Assembly (NCBI GenBank): GCA_963778655.1 | Contig: CAVZVA010000005.1 | Coordinates: 32,001-96,000, forward strand | Source of the DNA: an uncultured delta proteobacterium | GTDB taxonomy: Bacteria > Myxococcota_A > Polyangia > Polyangiales > JAFGIB01 | DNA length: 64,000 nucleotides | Reading direction: 5' to 3' | Shown here: positions 1 to 9,365 of the stretch, piece after piece | How positions within the stretch are numbered: the first letter of the stretch is position 1 | Layout of the letters: each line of letters opens with the position of its first letter | The notes under the pieces: generated by a model | The model's database searches: none | What the model was told of the DNA's origin: nothing | Seen by the model: only the letters and a program-made list of their open reading frames with translations | Program-made: the position numbers and the translations under genes

Positions 1-26
1 GCTGCGGTCGAACCTGCCCGCATCGA

Positions 27-599
27 ATGAGCGGAACCGTACGAAAGGGCGAGTCCGCCCAAGTGCCGCCACGGCAAGGGCCCGCGACCCTGCGCGAGCT
101 CTGGCAGTGCTGGGTCGAAGATTGGAAAGCGCACGCGCGCGATTCCACGCGCCCGGGCTTTCGCGCATTGGCGGTCCATCGCTTCGGCAACTACCGCATG
201 CATTGGCCGCTGCTACCGCGCGCCGGCTTGAGCATCGGTTATCGCATGGCCTACCGCTTCGTGCGCAACCACTACGGCATCGAGCTGCCCTACAGCGCAA
301 GGATCGGCCGCAACGTCGTGATCGAACATCAAGGCGGTGTCGTGATCCACGGCAACAGCGTGATCGGCGACGGCTGCATCTTGCGTCAGGGTGTGACGCT
401 CGGGAATCGTCACTTGGATGCACCGTTCGACGCACCCGTGCTCGAACGGCGCGTCAACGTCGGCGCGGGTGCGAAGATCCTCGGCGGCGTGCGCATCGGC
501 GAGAACGCCACCATCGGCGCCAACGCGGTGGTGCTGGAGGATGTCCCGCGCGATCGCACGGCGGTCGGCATCCCGGCGAAGCTACTCAAAGAACCCTGA
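27..599 (+). CDS. Serine O-acetyltransferase-like hexapeptide-repeat acetyltransferase (CysE/WcaB type)
   Basis: 190 aa; GIELPYSARIG, IEHQGGVVIHG, IGDGCILRQGVTLG, VGAGAKILG, IGANAVV, AVGIPAK left-handed beta-helix motifs. Confidence 0.85.
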   Translation: MSGTVRKGESAQVPPRQGPATLRELWQCWVEDWKAHARDSTRPGFRALAVHRFGNYRMHWPLLPRAGLSIGYRMAYRFVRNHYGIELPYSARIGRNVVIEHQGGVVIHGNSVIGDGCILRQGVTLGNRHLDAPFDAPVLERRVNVGAGAKILGGVRIGENATIGANAVVLEDVPRDRTAVGIPAKLLKEP

Positions 600-918
600 T
601 CACCTCAGCCTCGCGAGTCATCCAACCCGCGATGGTCAGCAACAGGAACTGCAGCGACAAGCTCGACATGCGCAGACCTTACTCGAATCGGAGACCAATC
701 CCATCACGCGCTCCGCACGGATTGCCACACGAAAAGCGCCGTGATTTCATCGCGATCCTCGGCTGACAGCATACGGGCACACCCTTGCCGGCCGGGACGC
801 TTCCCGGAGCCCAGGGCGCCCAAGACCTGGAATCGAACCTGGAATCGCTCGCCGAGCAGGTCGCCGCCCGAGTGCTGCAAGCGCTTGCAAGGACAGGGGA
901 AAGCTGCGCCCCCGCGGC

Positions 919-1992
919 TCAGCGCCGCGTCGGCATCAGCAGCCACAGGTCGAGGTCCAGCACCACGCTCGGGTGGTAGCTTGCGCGCCCGTCCTTCTCG
1001 AGCTTCAGCGGAATCGACTCGCGGGCGGGGTCGGCGTTCTTGAGGGCGACCAGGCGCGTGCGCAGCGCGCCGACGTCGCTGCGGCCGGGCAGGGCGGCCC
1101 GTTCCAACACGTCGCTGTAGGCGTAGATGGTGTCGCCGGCGAAGGTCGGATTGCTGTGGGCGCCGGCGTTGACGGCCAGGATCGCGAGCGCGTTCTCCAG
1201 GCCGTTGAACGAAAGCGCGCGCGCCACGCTGATCACGTGGCCGCCGTAGATCAGGCGCTTGCCGAAGCGCGTGGTCTTGGCCGCGTGGGCGTCGAAGTGC
1301 ACCCGCGCGGTGTTCTGATACAGCCGCGTCGCGATCGCGTGCTCGGCCTCTTCGATCGTCATCCCGTCGCAGTGCTGGATCTGCTCGCCGGGCTCGTAGT
1401 CCTCGAGGTAGAAACGCCCGCCCGAGGGCCACCTCTGGTAGCGCGCGAGATCGAGGCACTCGGGCACCACCAGCTCGGCGGGCTCCACCTTGCCGGGCAG
1501 CTGCGGCCGGTCGCTGGCCTGGGTCTTGGTGCTGGCGTCGCGCTTGTTGACCATCACCCAGCGGCAGTACTCGAGCACCTTCTGATCGCGTTGGTTCAGC
1601 CCGGTGGTGCGCACCCACACGATGCCGTTCTGGCCGCTGGCGTTTTCCTTCTTGCCCAGCACCTCGGAGACCGAGCGCAGGGTGTCGCCCGGATAGACCG
1701 GCTGCAGGAAGCGCAGCCCGGCGTAGCCCAGGTTCGCCACCGCATTGAGCGAGACGTCGCCCACGGTCTTGCCGAAGACCATGTGGAACACGAGCAGGTC
1801 GTTGACGGTCTCGCGGCGGTAGCCGAGCGAGCGCGCGTGCTCGGCCGAGCAGTGCAGCGGGTAGCGGTCGCCGGTGAGCCCGATATAGAGCGCACAGTCG
1901 CCCTCGGTGACCGTCCGCGGCACCGCGTGCACCAGCGTCGCCCCGCGCTCGAAGTCCTCGAAGAAATTTCCCGGGTTGGTCTTGATCGCCAT
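919..1992 (-). CDS. mch: Double hot-dog MaoC-family hydratase, mesaconyl-C1-CoA hydratase-like
   Basis: Start MAIKTNPGNFFEDF after an AGGAG RBS; two MaoC domains (GKTVGDVSLNAVANLGY; LYQNTARVHFD, RLIYGGHVIS, GDTIYAYS). Confidence 0.8.
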   Translation of the reverse strand: MAIKTNPGNFFEDFERGATLVHAVPRTVTEGDCALYIGLTGDRYPLHCSAEHARSLGYRRETVNDLLVFHMVFGKTVGDVSLNAVANLGYAGLRFLQPVYPGDTLRSVSEVLGKKENASGQNGIVWVRTTGLNQRDQKVLEYCRWVMVNKRDASTKTQASDRPQLPGKVEPAELVVPECLDLARYQRWPSGGRFYLEDYEPGEQIQHCDGMTIEEAEHAIATRLYQNTARVHFDAHAAKTTRFGKRLIYGGHVISVARALSFNGLENALAILAVNAGAHSNPTFAGDTIYAYSDVLERAALPGRSDVGALRTRLVALKNADPARESIPLKLEKDGRASYHPSVVLDLDLWLLMPTRR

Positions 1993-2180
1993 GGAAGCTC
2001 CTGCCCTGCGGCTGGGTAGCACCGCAAACCCGAGTCGACAACCGAGCAAGCGAGGGCATTGCCCAGCCAAGTCGCGGTCGTGGTCGATCCCCGTCAACGC
2101 CTGCGATCTTCGACTACGATCACGCTCACGAACCCGATCGGATCTGGCTGGCCGGTGTCGTGACGGGGATGGTGGCCGGG

Positions 2181-4550
2181 TCAGGTGCTGAGCGTGCCGG
2201 CTGCACCGGCGATGCGCTCGGCTTGCGTGTCGTGGCCGAGCGCGCGGTAGCAGTCCGAGAGCAGGCGCAGCGCTACCCGTTCGCCGCCGCCGTCGTGTGC
2301 GCGGCGTGTCGCGGCCAGCGCCTCCAACGCCGAGCGCAACGCGTCCAGTGGGGCTCCCGACTCGAGCAGGATCAGCGCGGCGGCCAGCGCCTCGCGGCTG
2401 CGCGTGGCCGCACCACCGCCGGCCATCTGGGCCTGCTTCAGCGCACGCACCGCTTCAGGCACGTGGCCCTTGGCCAGGTGCACGATCGCCCACAAGCGCT
2501 GCGCCGCGTGGCGGCCCCAGCCCGCCGCAACCGCGGTGTCGATCAGACCCTCGGCGGCGTCGAGCTCGCCGCGCGCGATCGCACCGACCGCCGAGCGCAT
2601 GGCCGCGGACGCGAGCTGCCGCGGATCGGGCTGCGGCGGCGCAGACGGGATCCGGTGCTCCGCCGTGTCGGGCCCTTCCGGCTCGGCCTGCGGCGGCAGC
2701 GTCGAGGCCGCGCTGGGGTGGGTGTCGAGCGTGCCGGCCACGCGCCGCGCCTTGTGGCGCGTCTCGTTGGAGCCGTCGAGCTTGCGCGCGAAGGCCGCCA
2801 GCCGCACCGCCACACGCGCAAAGCCGCCCTCGCTGGCAGCCTGGGCCGCGTCCAGTAGCGCCTCGGCCGCCGCGCGCTCGCGCCCGCCCTGGGCCAGGTG
2901 ATGGGCGAGCAAGCCGCGCGCGAATCCGGGCGCCGGCGCGCCGGCGGAGTGGGCCTGCAGCGCGTCGGCCACGAAGCGATGCAGCTCCGCGGCGCGCGCC
3001 GGCGGCATGCCGTTGCGAACCGCGTTGCGGATCGCGGGCTCGAGCGAGCCCAGGCCCCCGTCCGGGTCGAGCCAGCCCTCGCGCGCGAGCTGGTCGAGCC
3101 CCGCGGCCAGCGCCTCGGCCGTCAGGCCGTCGGCGGCCGCGACACGCTCGATCAGGGCGCGCTCGGCGGCGGGGGGCGCCACGCACAGCGCCTCGAGCAC
3201 GCGATGGCCGTGCGGCTGCAGGCCCGCGATGCGTTCTGTCAGCAAGCCCTCGATCGGAATCGGCAGCGAGGCGTTGCGCGGGCGCGTGCGCCAGCGGAAG
3301 CTCTCGGCGTCGAGCACCAGGTCGCCAGCGCCCACCAGCGTGCGCGCAGCTTCGACGATGCCGAGCAGCGTGTCGCCGCCGAGTCGCGCCACGCGACGCG
3401 CGATCTCCGCCCCGGGCTCGAGCCCGAGCGCGGCCTCGGCCACGCGTACGCGGTCGTGCTCGCCCAGCGGCTCCAGGCCCACCTCTTGGTGGTCGATCGC
3501 GCGCAGCGCCGAGGGCAAGCCCGCGCGCTCGTCGACCAGCAGCCACAGCAGGTAATCGGGCTGCGCGCCCTCGAGCGCATCGCTGAGCACCACTAGACTG
3601 GCCGGGTCGAGCTCCACCGGGCGTTCCAGCACGATCCAGGGTCGCGCGCACCCGGGCGCGCGCGCTTGCCGCAGCAGCTCGCGCAGGGTGACCACGGCCT
3701 CCTCGCGCGAGACCGCGTGGCCCTGGCTCATGCGCGCGACTCCGGCGCGGAGCGCATCGTCGAGCCCGGCCGGCAGCGCCCCGCGCGCGCGCTGCAGCGC
3801 GATCTGCAGGCCGCCGAGCGGCTGCAGCCCCCCCGCGCTGCGCGAGAGCCGCAGCACCAACGCGGGCAGCAGCTCCAGGCGCAGCCGCTCGAGGTGGTCG
3901 AGGGCCACGTGGGACGCGCTCGCGCGCACGGCGATCGCGTGCGTCTCGGGCGCGCCGGCGAGCGCAGCCAGCTGCTCGAAGGCCTGGCGCGCCGTAGGGG
4001 GTAGCGGCACCGGGCGCAGCGCGGAGAGCGCGCGCCGGCATTCGGCCCTGCGCGGATGGCGGCCATCGATCACGTGCGCCGCCAGCGGACCGGCCGCCAG
4101 CATGCGCGCGAACAGGTACACCTCGTCGGTCCTGGCGTGTGCAGCCTCGTCCAGCACCAGCTCGCCTGGGCCCGCGCAGTTGGCCAGCGCCTGCGCGCGG
4201 TCGAGCGCGGTGCCCGCGAGCGTGCCGTCCTCCGCGCAACGCTCGACCGCGCCCAGCGCGAGCCCGCACGCGACCTCTTGCCGCGCCGCGTCGGTATGCG
4301 CATCGCGCAGCAGACCCAGGGCGAGCTCCACCACCTCGTCGAGCTCGAGCGGATTGAAGGCGACCGCGACGCTGCTGCCCACCGTCACCAGCGGCTCGGC
4401 TCCGGCCACCGAGAGCCGGGTGGCGACGCGCCGGCGCCAGGCCAGGGCCTCGGACTCCGACTCGGGACCCGGGCTGCAGGTCGCGCGCTGCCACAGCACG
4501 AGTCGTTCGCCGTCGGCGGCCGGCGCGCCGTCCTCTTGTGCGCTAGTCAC
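2181..4550 (-). CDS. Degenerate class III cyclase-like / STAND-like / TPR multidomain protein
   Basis: 789 aa; N-terminal GLALG...GTALDRAQALANCAGPGELVLDE resembles a cyclase C-terminal motif; central LEPL...GGDTLLGIVE...PIPIEGLLTERIAGL and LHRFVADAL...LAHHL resemble STAND helical regions; C-terminal helical repeats. Confidence 0.55.
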   Translation of the reverse strand: MTSAQEDGAPAADGERLVLWQRATCSPGPESESEALAWRRRVATRLSVAGAEPLVTVGSSVAVAFNPLELDEVVELALGLLRDAHTDAARQEVACGLALGAVERCAEDGTLAGTALDRAQALANCAGPGELVLDEAAHARTDEVYLFARMLAAGPLAAHVIDGRHPRRAECRRALSALRPVPLPPTARQAFEQLAALAGAPETHAIAVRASASHVALDHLERLRLELLPALVLRLSRSAGGLQPLGGLQIALQRARGALPAGLDDALRAGVARMSQGHAVSREEAVVTLRELLRQARAPGCARPWIVLERPVELDPASLVVLSDALEGAQPDYLLWLLVDERAGLPSALRAIDHQEVGLEPLGEHDRVRVAEAALGLEPGAEIARRVARLGGDTLLGIVEAARTLVGAGDLVLDAESFRWRTRPRNASLPIPIEGLLTERIAGLQPHGHRVLEALCVAPPAAERALIERVAAADGLTAEALAAGLDQLAREGWLDPDGGLGSLEPAIRNAVRNGMPPARAAELHRFVADALQAHSAGAPAPGFARGLLAHHLAQGGRERAAAEALLDAAQAASEGGFARVAVRLAAFARKLDGSNETRHKARRVAGTLDTHPSAASTLPPQAEPEGPDTAEHRIPSAPPQPDPRQLASAAMRSAVGAIARGELDAAEGLIDTAVAAGWGRHAAQRLWAIVHLAKGHVPEAVRALKQAQMAGGGAATRSREALAAALILLESGAPLDALRSALEALAATRRAHDGGGERVALRLLSDCYRALGHDTQAERIAGAAGTLST

Positions 4551-4660
4551 CCTGGCAGAGTGTGCGGCAGAGCCGCCGAGCTGGCCAGGGCCGCAACCGT
4601 GGGGTTTCGAGCGAGGCCGGGGGGACGCCCGCGAATCAGGCGGCCGGGCGCGCTTTCCGC

Positions 4661-4666
4661 TATAGT
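4661..4666 (+). promoter_or_regulatory. Putative sigma70 -10 box (TATAGT), leaderless configuration
   Basis: Lies 6 nt before ATG 4673, the first copy of the triplicated gene start. Confidence 0.55.
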
Positions 4667-4672
4667 GCTTGG

Positions 4673-5088
4673 ATGATTCGCGGCGCGAACGTGCTGATCA
4701 CGGGCGGTGCGGGGTTCATCGGGAGCTCTTGTCACCGGGAGGGTCACGCGACCCTCCCGCCCCGCCAGCAAAGCTGTCGGGGCCCCACCTTCCCGCGGGG
4801 TCGCTACGCTCCGCGCAGGTGCTCACCCAGGCGGGGCTCGAGGAGCACGGGGCGATGATTCGCGGCGCGAACGTGCTGATCACGGGCGGTGCGGGGTTCA
4901 TCGGGAGCTCTTGTCACCGGGAGGGTCACGCGACCCTCCCGCCCCGCCAGCAAAGCTGTCGGGGCCCCACCCTCCCGCGGGGTCGCTACGCTCCGCGCAG
5001 GTGCTCACCCAGGCGGGGCTCGAGGAGCACGGGGCGATGATTCGCGGCGCGAACGTGCTGATCACGGGCGGTGCGGGGTTCATAGGGA
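4673..5088 (+). repeat. 182-bp tandem repeat (2 full copies plus a third ~52-bp partial): epimerase 5' end plus a ~130-bp REP-like structured element
   Basis: ATGATTCGCGGCGCGAACGTGCTGATCACGGGCGGTGCGGGGTTCAT starts at 4673, 4855 and 5037; the two full units differ at a single visible position (ccacCTtccc vs ccacCCtccc). Confidence 0.97.
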
Positions 5089-5996
5089 CTGCGTTGTGCA
5101 GGCGGTTGTGCGGGGACAACCGGGTGCGGATCCTCGATACGCTGCGGCGCAACGCGCTGGCCGAAGCGGGCCTGGACCGCCACCCCAACGTGGAGCTGTG
5201 CGTCAACGACGTGCGCGACATGGACGCGGTGACCCAGGCGATGCGCGGCGCCGACTACGTCGTCCACATGGCCTCGATCGCCGGCGTCGACACGGTGCGC
5301 AAGAACCCCGTGGTCACGATGGAGGTGAGCCTCGAGGGCACGATGAACGTGCTGCGGGCTGCGCAGCGCCAGGGCGGCGTGCGTCGCCTGATCGACTTTT
5401 CGACCAGCGAGGTCTTCGGCACCTACGCCTTCCGCGTGCGCGAGGCCGACGTCACCAGCCTGGGCGCGGTGGGCGAGGCGCGCTGGACCTATGCGGTCTC
5501 CAAGCTCGCGACCGAGCACCTCGCGCACAACTACTACCGCCAGCACGGGCTGCCGACCTGCTCGATCCGGCCCTTCAACATCTACGGACCGGGTCAGATC
5601 GGCGAGGGCGCGGTCCACGCGTTCGCGGTGCGCGCGCTCAAGAACGAGCCGGTGCTGATTCACAACGAGGGCGACCAGATCAGGTCCTGGTGCTACATCG
5701 ACGACATCGTGGATGGGATCGAGCTGTGCCTCGAGCGGAAGGAGGCGGTGGGCGAGTCGTTCAACATCGGCAACCCGCGCAGCACCGTGACCATCTACCA
5801 GCTGGCGCGGTTGGTGATCGAGGCCGCGGGGAGCCGTTCGGAGCTGCAATTCGTGCCTTGGGAGTTCGCGGACGTCGAGCTGCGCGTGCCGGACGTGAAG
5901 AAGGCCGAGCAGCGTCTGGGCTTCCGAGCCCGCGTCGATCTCGATGTGGGTCTCAAGCGCACCCTGGACTGGTACAGGCAGAAGATGGGGTGTTAG
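5037..5996 (+). CDS. NAD-dependent epimerase/dehydratase (extended SDR, nucleotide-sugar modifying)
   Basis: ITGGAGFIG Rossmann motif, STSEVFG, YAVSK (YxxxK), RPFNIYGP, FNIGNP. Confidence 0.92.
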   Translation: MIRGANVLITGGAGFIGTALCRRLCGDNRVRILDTLRRNALAEAGLDRHPNVELCVNDVRDMDAVTQAMRGADYVVHMASIAGVDTVRKNPVVTMEVSLEGTMNVLRAAQRQGGVRRLIDFSTSEVFGTYAFRVREADVTSLGAVGEARWTYAVSKLATEHLAHNYYRQHGLPTCSIRPFNIYGPGQIGEGAVHAFAVRALKNEPVLIHNEGDQIRSWCYIDDIVDGIELCLERKEAVGESFNIGNPRSTVTIYQLARLVIEAAGSRSELQFVPWEFADVELRVPDVKKAEQRLGFRARVDLDVGLKRTLDWYRQKMGC

Positions 5997-6060
5997 TCCG
6001 CAGGAGCGCTGCCCACCAGGGGGTGCGCTACTCTATGATGGACTGACGGACGAACGCGTT

Positions 6061-7221
6061 TTGGAACAGCCTTTCCGCAAGGTCGTCGACCTCGATGAGA
6101 TCCGTGCCGACGGCTGGTTCGAGCAGCTGGGTGAGGAGCTGCCTGAGTTCGAGCAGCTGTGCCAGGTGATCGGCCGGCGCTTCGTCGCGTTCTCCTTCAT
6201 CACCGGGGTGCGCATCGCGTCGGTGGCCTACGATCCGCATAGCCCGCACAGCTCGCTGGTCGACTTCAGCCTGGGCGACGACGGGGAGGTCCAGCGCATG
6301 GCGCTGGCCGACCTGCGCGAGCGCCTGGGCGCCGCCCTGCTGGCGAGCGAGGAAGCCGACGCCGAGCTGCCCGAGGAGCCCAGCCCCGACGACATCCGGC
6401 GCTTCATCGGCCGCCGCTACCTGCTGCTGGCGCCGATCTTCGGCCTGGGGCTTCAGGCGATCGAGGTGGGCGGCGATCAGGAGCCGATGCTGCGGCTGCA
6501 GCTGGGCGGCGGCACCGAGGCGATCAGCGCGCAGGGGCTGCGCGATGTGATCCACAACGCGATCCGTTCGGAGCTCGCGCGCTCGCGCCCGAGCCAGCCG
6601 TTCTCGATCGACTTCAAGCGCGTGCCCGCGGCCGAGGTAGCCAACGCGCGCGGCGACTACGACGAGACCGTGAGCTTGCTCGGTTCCTGGCCGGGCCCGC
6701 TCTCGATGTTCCTGCGTACGCCGCAGGGGCAGGCGCTGGGCAACGCGGAGCGCTCCAAGCTGGTGCGCGCGTTGTGCGCGCTGGGCGAAGCCTACCTGCG
6801 CAAGGGGCAGGTCGAGTGGGCCGAGGACGTGCTGCGGCTCGGCATCCAGTTCGGCCAGGAGCTGGCGGCCGCCGCGCCGGCGTTCGCCCTGCTGGGCCGC
6901 GCGCGCGTCGACAGCGCGCGCTACGGCGAGGCGATCGGATTGCTGCGGCGCGCGCTCGCGCTGGGCGCCGCGCCCAGGGAGCTGCTGCCGCTGCTGGCAC
7001 GCTGCTTCATCGAGCGCCGGCGATTCGTCGCCGCGCTGGCCTGTCTCGAGGATGCGCTGGACGCTGGCGTGGAGCACGAAACGCTCGAGCCGCTGCGCCA
7101 GTCCGTCGCCGAGGCGCTGGGCCCGGCCTACGAGCTCTACCGCGAGCGCGCCTCCGGCGAGCACGACGACGGCGAGCCCGGCGAGAGCGGGCAAGGCGCC
7201 GGCGAGCCCGGCGACGGCTGA
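6061..7221 (+). CDS. Hypothetical protein with C-terminal TPR-like repeats
   Basis: Long ORF with strong GC3 bias; ALGEAYL...WAEDVLRLG, LLGRARV...YGEAIGLLRRAL; start uncertain (TTG 6061; TATGAT at 6034). Confidence 0.7.
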   Translation: MEQPFRKVVDLDEIRADGWFEQLGEELPEFEQLCQVIGRRFVAFSFITGVRIASVAYDPHSPHSSLVDFSLGDDGEVQRMALADLRERLGAALLASEEADAELPEEPSPDDIRRFIGRRYLLLAPIFGLGLQAIEVGGDQEPMLRLQLGGGTEAISAQGLRDVIHNAIRSELARSRPSQPFSIDFKRVPAAEVANARGDYDETVSLLGSWPGPLSMFLRTPQGQALGNAERSKLVRALCALGEAYLRKGQVEWAEDVLRLGIQFGQELAAAAPAFALLGRARVDSARYGEAIGLLRRALALGAAPRELLPLLARCFIERRRFVAALACLEDALDAGVEHETLEPLRQSVAEALGPAYELYRERASGEHDDGEPGESGQGAGEPGDG

Positions 7222-7229
7222 ATCGCCCG

Positions 7230-7400
7230 CGCGGCGCGCTCTTCTGGGTCGCCGGCGCGCCGCACCACGCGGACAAGGCCTCCGCGATGGCGGACGCGGT
7301 GCGCGCGGCGAGCGATCTCGGCGTGCACGTCTACCCGGTGGCTTCGAGCGGCGTCGACGAGCTGACCGAGCTGACCATGCGCTCCACTGCGCAGCTCACC
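7230..7400 (+). pseudogene. Internal fragment of a VWA-domain protein
   Basis: Translates LFWVAGAPHH...DLGVHVYPVASSGVDELTELTMRSTAQLT, resembling the C-terminal part of a VWA domain; lacks the N-terminal MIDAS part and breaks off before the expected GG-Y. Confidence 0.55.
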
Positions 7401-7428
7401 CCAGGTGTTCTGACCCCCGGAAAATTCC

Positions 7429-7458
7429 TGAGCCACTGCTTTGTTTCCCGGCGCCTAC
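7429..7458 (+). promoter_or_regulatory. Putative ECF sigma promoter TGAGCCAC-N14-GCGCCTAC
   Basis: Directly upstream of the ECF sigma gene; same bipartite motif and spacing at 10429-10458. Confidence 0.65.
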
Positions 7459-7463
7459 GGGAT

Positions 7464-8120
7464 ATGAGGTTGAGCATGCCCAGCGCCTCGGGTCCGCCCG
7501 GCCGAAGCCATCCGCGCATGCGTCTGGTGACGCCGGGGCCGGCACCGGAGCCGAGCGACGCCGAGCTGGTCGGCGCGGTTCGCGCGCACGCGCCGCTTTC
7601 GGCCCTGCGCGTGTGGGAACGCTACGCGACCCTGGTGCGCCGCGTCATGCAGCGGGCGCTCGGCCCCTCCGCCGACGTCGAGGACGCAGTGCAGGATGCG
7701 TTCCTGCGCCTGTTTCGCGACATCGACAACCTGCGTGAGCCCAGCGCCCTGCGCAGCTTCCTGATCGGCATCGCGCTGCACGTGGCCGTAAGCGAGCTGC
7801 GGCGGCGGCGCGCGCGTCGCTGGCTGTTGTTGTCGCACGACGGCGTGCTGCCCGATCCCGAGCCGATCGAGGACACGCAACGCTTGGAGCAACGCGAGAC
7901 GCTGCGGCGTCTGTACGCCGTGCTCGACCGGGTCGACGCGCGCCACCGCATGGTGTTCGTGCTGCGCTATGTCGAGGGCCTCGGGCTGGCCGAGCTCTCT
8001 GCGGTTCTGGGTTGCTCGCTGGCCACCACCAAGCGGCGCGTCGCGGAGGCGGCCAAGCGCGTGACCCGCCTGGCGGCCAAGGACCCGATGCTGGCCCCTT
8101 ACCTGCCGGAGAAGCCGTGA
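7464..8120 (+). CDS. ECF RNA polymerase sigma-70 factor
   Basis: Region 2 DVEDAVQDAFLRLF...LRSFLIGIA; region 4 RMVFVLRYVEGLGLAELSAVLGCSLATTKRR; alternative starts 7476 or 7518. Confidence 0.92.
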   Translation: MRLSMPSASGPPGRSHPRMRLVTPGPAPEPSDAELVGAVRAHAPLSALRVWERYATLVRRVMQRALGPSADVEDAVQDAFLRLFRDIDNLREPSALRSFLIGIALHVAVSELRRRRARRWLLLSHDGVLPDPEPIEDTQRLEQRETLRRLYAVLDRVDARHRMVFVLRYVEGLGLAELSAVLGCSLATTKRRVAEAAKRVTRLAAKDPMLAPYLPEKP

Positions 8121-9365
8121 TGCCCGCCGACGAAGCCGAGCGCGCCGACGCGGGCGCCAGCGCGCTCGGGCGCCTCGCGCGCACGCTCGATGGCGCCGCC
8201 GGCCCGGCCGAGGACGCCGCCGCGCGCGAGCGGCTGCTGGCCGCGCTCGACCGCCGGCGCCGTCCATGGCCGCGCGGGCTGGCTCGCGCCCCGCTGGCTG
8301 CGCTGGTCGCCGCCGCCGCCGTCGCCGCAGTCGTGGCGCTGGGGGTGGCGCTGCGCGAGCCGCGGCCAATCCAATATCGCGTGTCGGGCTCGGCACTGCG
8401 CATCGAAGGCCAGTGGCTCGGGGTGCCGGCCGACCAGGGCGCGGGCCTGCTGCGGTTTTCGGAAGGCACGCAGAATCGAGCTCGGCCCCGGCAGCAAGAG
8501 CCGGGTGGCGCAGCTGAGCGCTCATGGCGCGCAGGTCGTCCTCGGAGCCGGCACGCTGCGCGCGCGCGTGGTGCACCGGCCCCACACCCACTGGCGGATC
8601 GGCGCCGGCCCTTACTCGATCGACGTGACGGGCACCGTGTTCGACGTCGACTGGTCCAAGCGTGGCGGGCGCCTCGAGGTGCGCCTGCACAACGGCAGCG
8701 TGGTGGTGCACGGTCCGGCGCTGCAGGGCGGCATCCGGCTGGCAGCTGGGCAGCGCCTGGTCGCGCACGCGCAGACCGGCAACGCCGAGCTGTCGTTGCT
8801 CGCGGCCGCCAAGGTCGCGAGCGCGAGCCCGAAGCTCGAGCCTGCGCCTGCGCCGCACCCCCGCGAGCACGCGCCGGCTGCAGCGCCGCCCACGCACCCG
8901 GCGCCGAGCTGGTCGGAGCTGCTCACCAGCGGCAACTTCCGCGGCGTGCTGGCCGCAGCACAGGCTCGCGGCATCGATGCCACGTTGCACCGAGGCCCGC
9001 TCGCCAATCTGGTCGCGCTCTCGGACGCGGCGCGCTACGCGGGCGATCGCGCGCTGGCGCGGCGCGGGCTGCTGGCGCAGCGCGCGCGCTTCGGCGCCTC
9101 GGCCGAGGCCCACGCCGCCGCTTTCGTGCTGGGGCGAATGGCCGACGACGACGGCTCGCCGGAGCAGGCCCTGCGCTGGTACGACCGCTACCTGCGGCAA
9201 TCGCCGCACGGGGCGTTCGCGGCCGAGGCGCTGGGACGCAAGCTGGGGGTGCTGGTGCGCACGGGCGAGGACGCACCCGCGCGCGGGGTGGCCGAGCTGT
9301 ACCTGAAGCGCTTCCCCAGGGGCGCGTACGCCGCCTACGCGCGCGAGGTGCTGCAGCGTCCATGA
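8120..9365 (+). CDS. FecR-domain/TPR anti-sigma factor, interrupted by one extra base near 8473
   Basis: First frame gives TM helix and ...LLRFSEGTQ; next frame continues IELGPGS...AGPYSIDVTGTVFDVDW...HNGSVVV (FecR) and a C-terminal TPR (YDRYLRQSPHGAFAAEA); length 1246 = 3n+1. Confidence 0.8.

Noticed and set aside
600..918. Small ORF 785-979 or island boundary
   Set aside because: No recognisable domain or RBS, overlaps the mch 3' end, and no att site or integrase is visible
4673..5088. Possible CRISPR array or DGR template/variable repeat pair
   Set aside because: Units are near-identical tandem copies with no unique spacers, no adenine-specific divergence and no reverse transcriptase nearby
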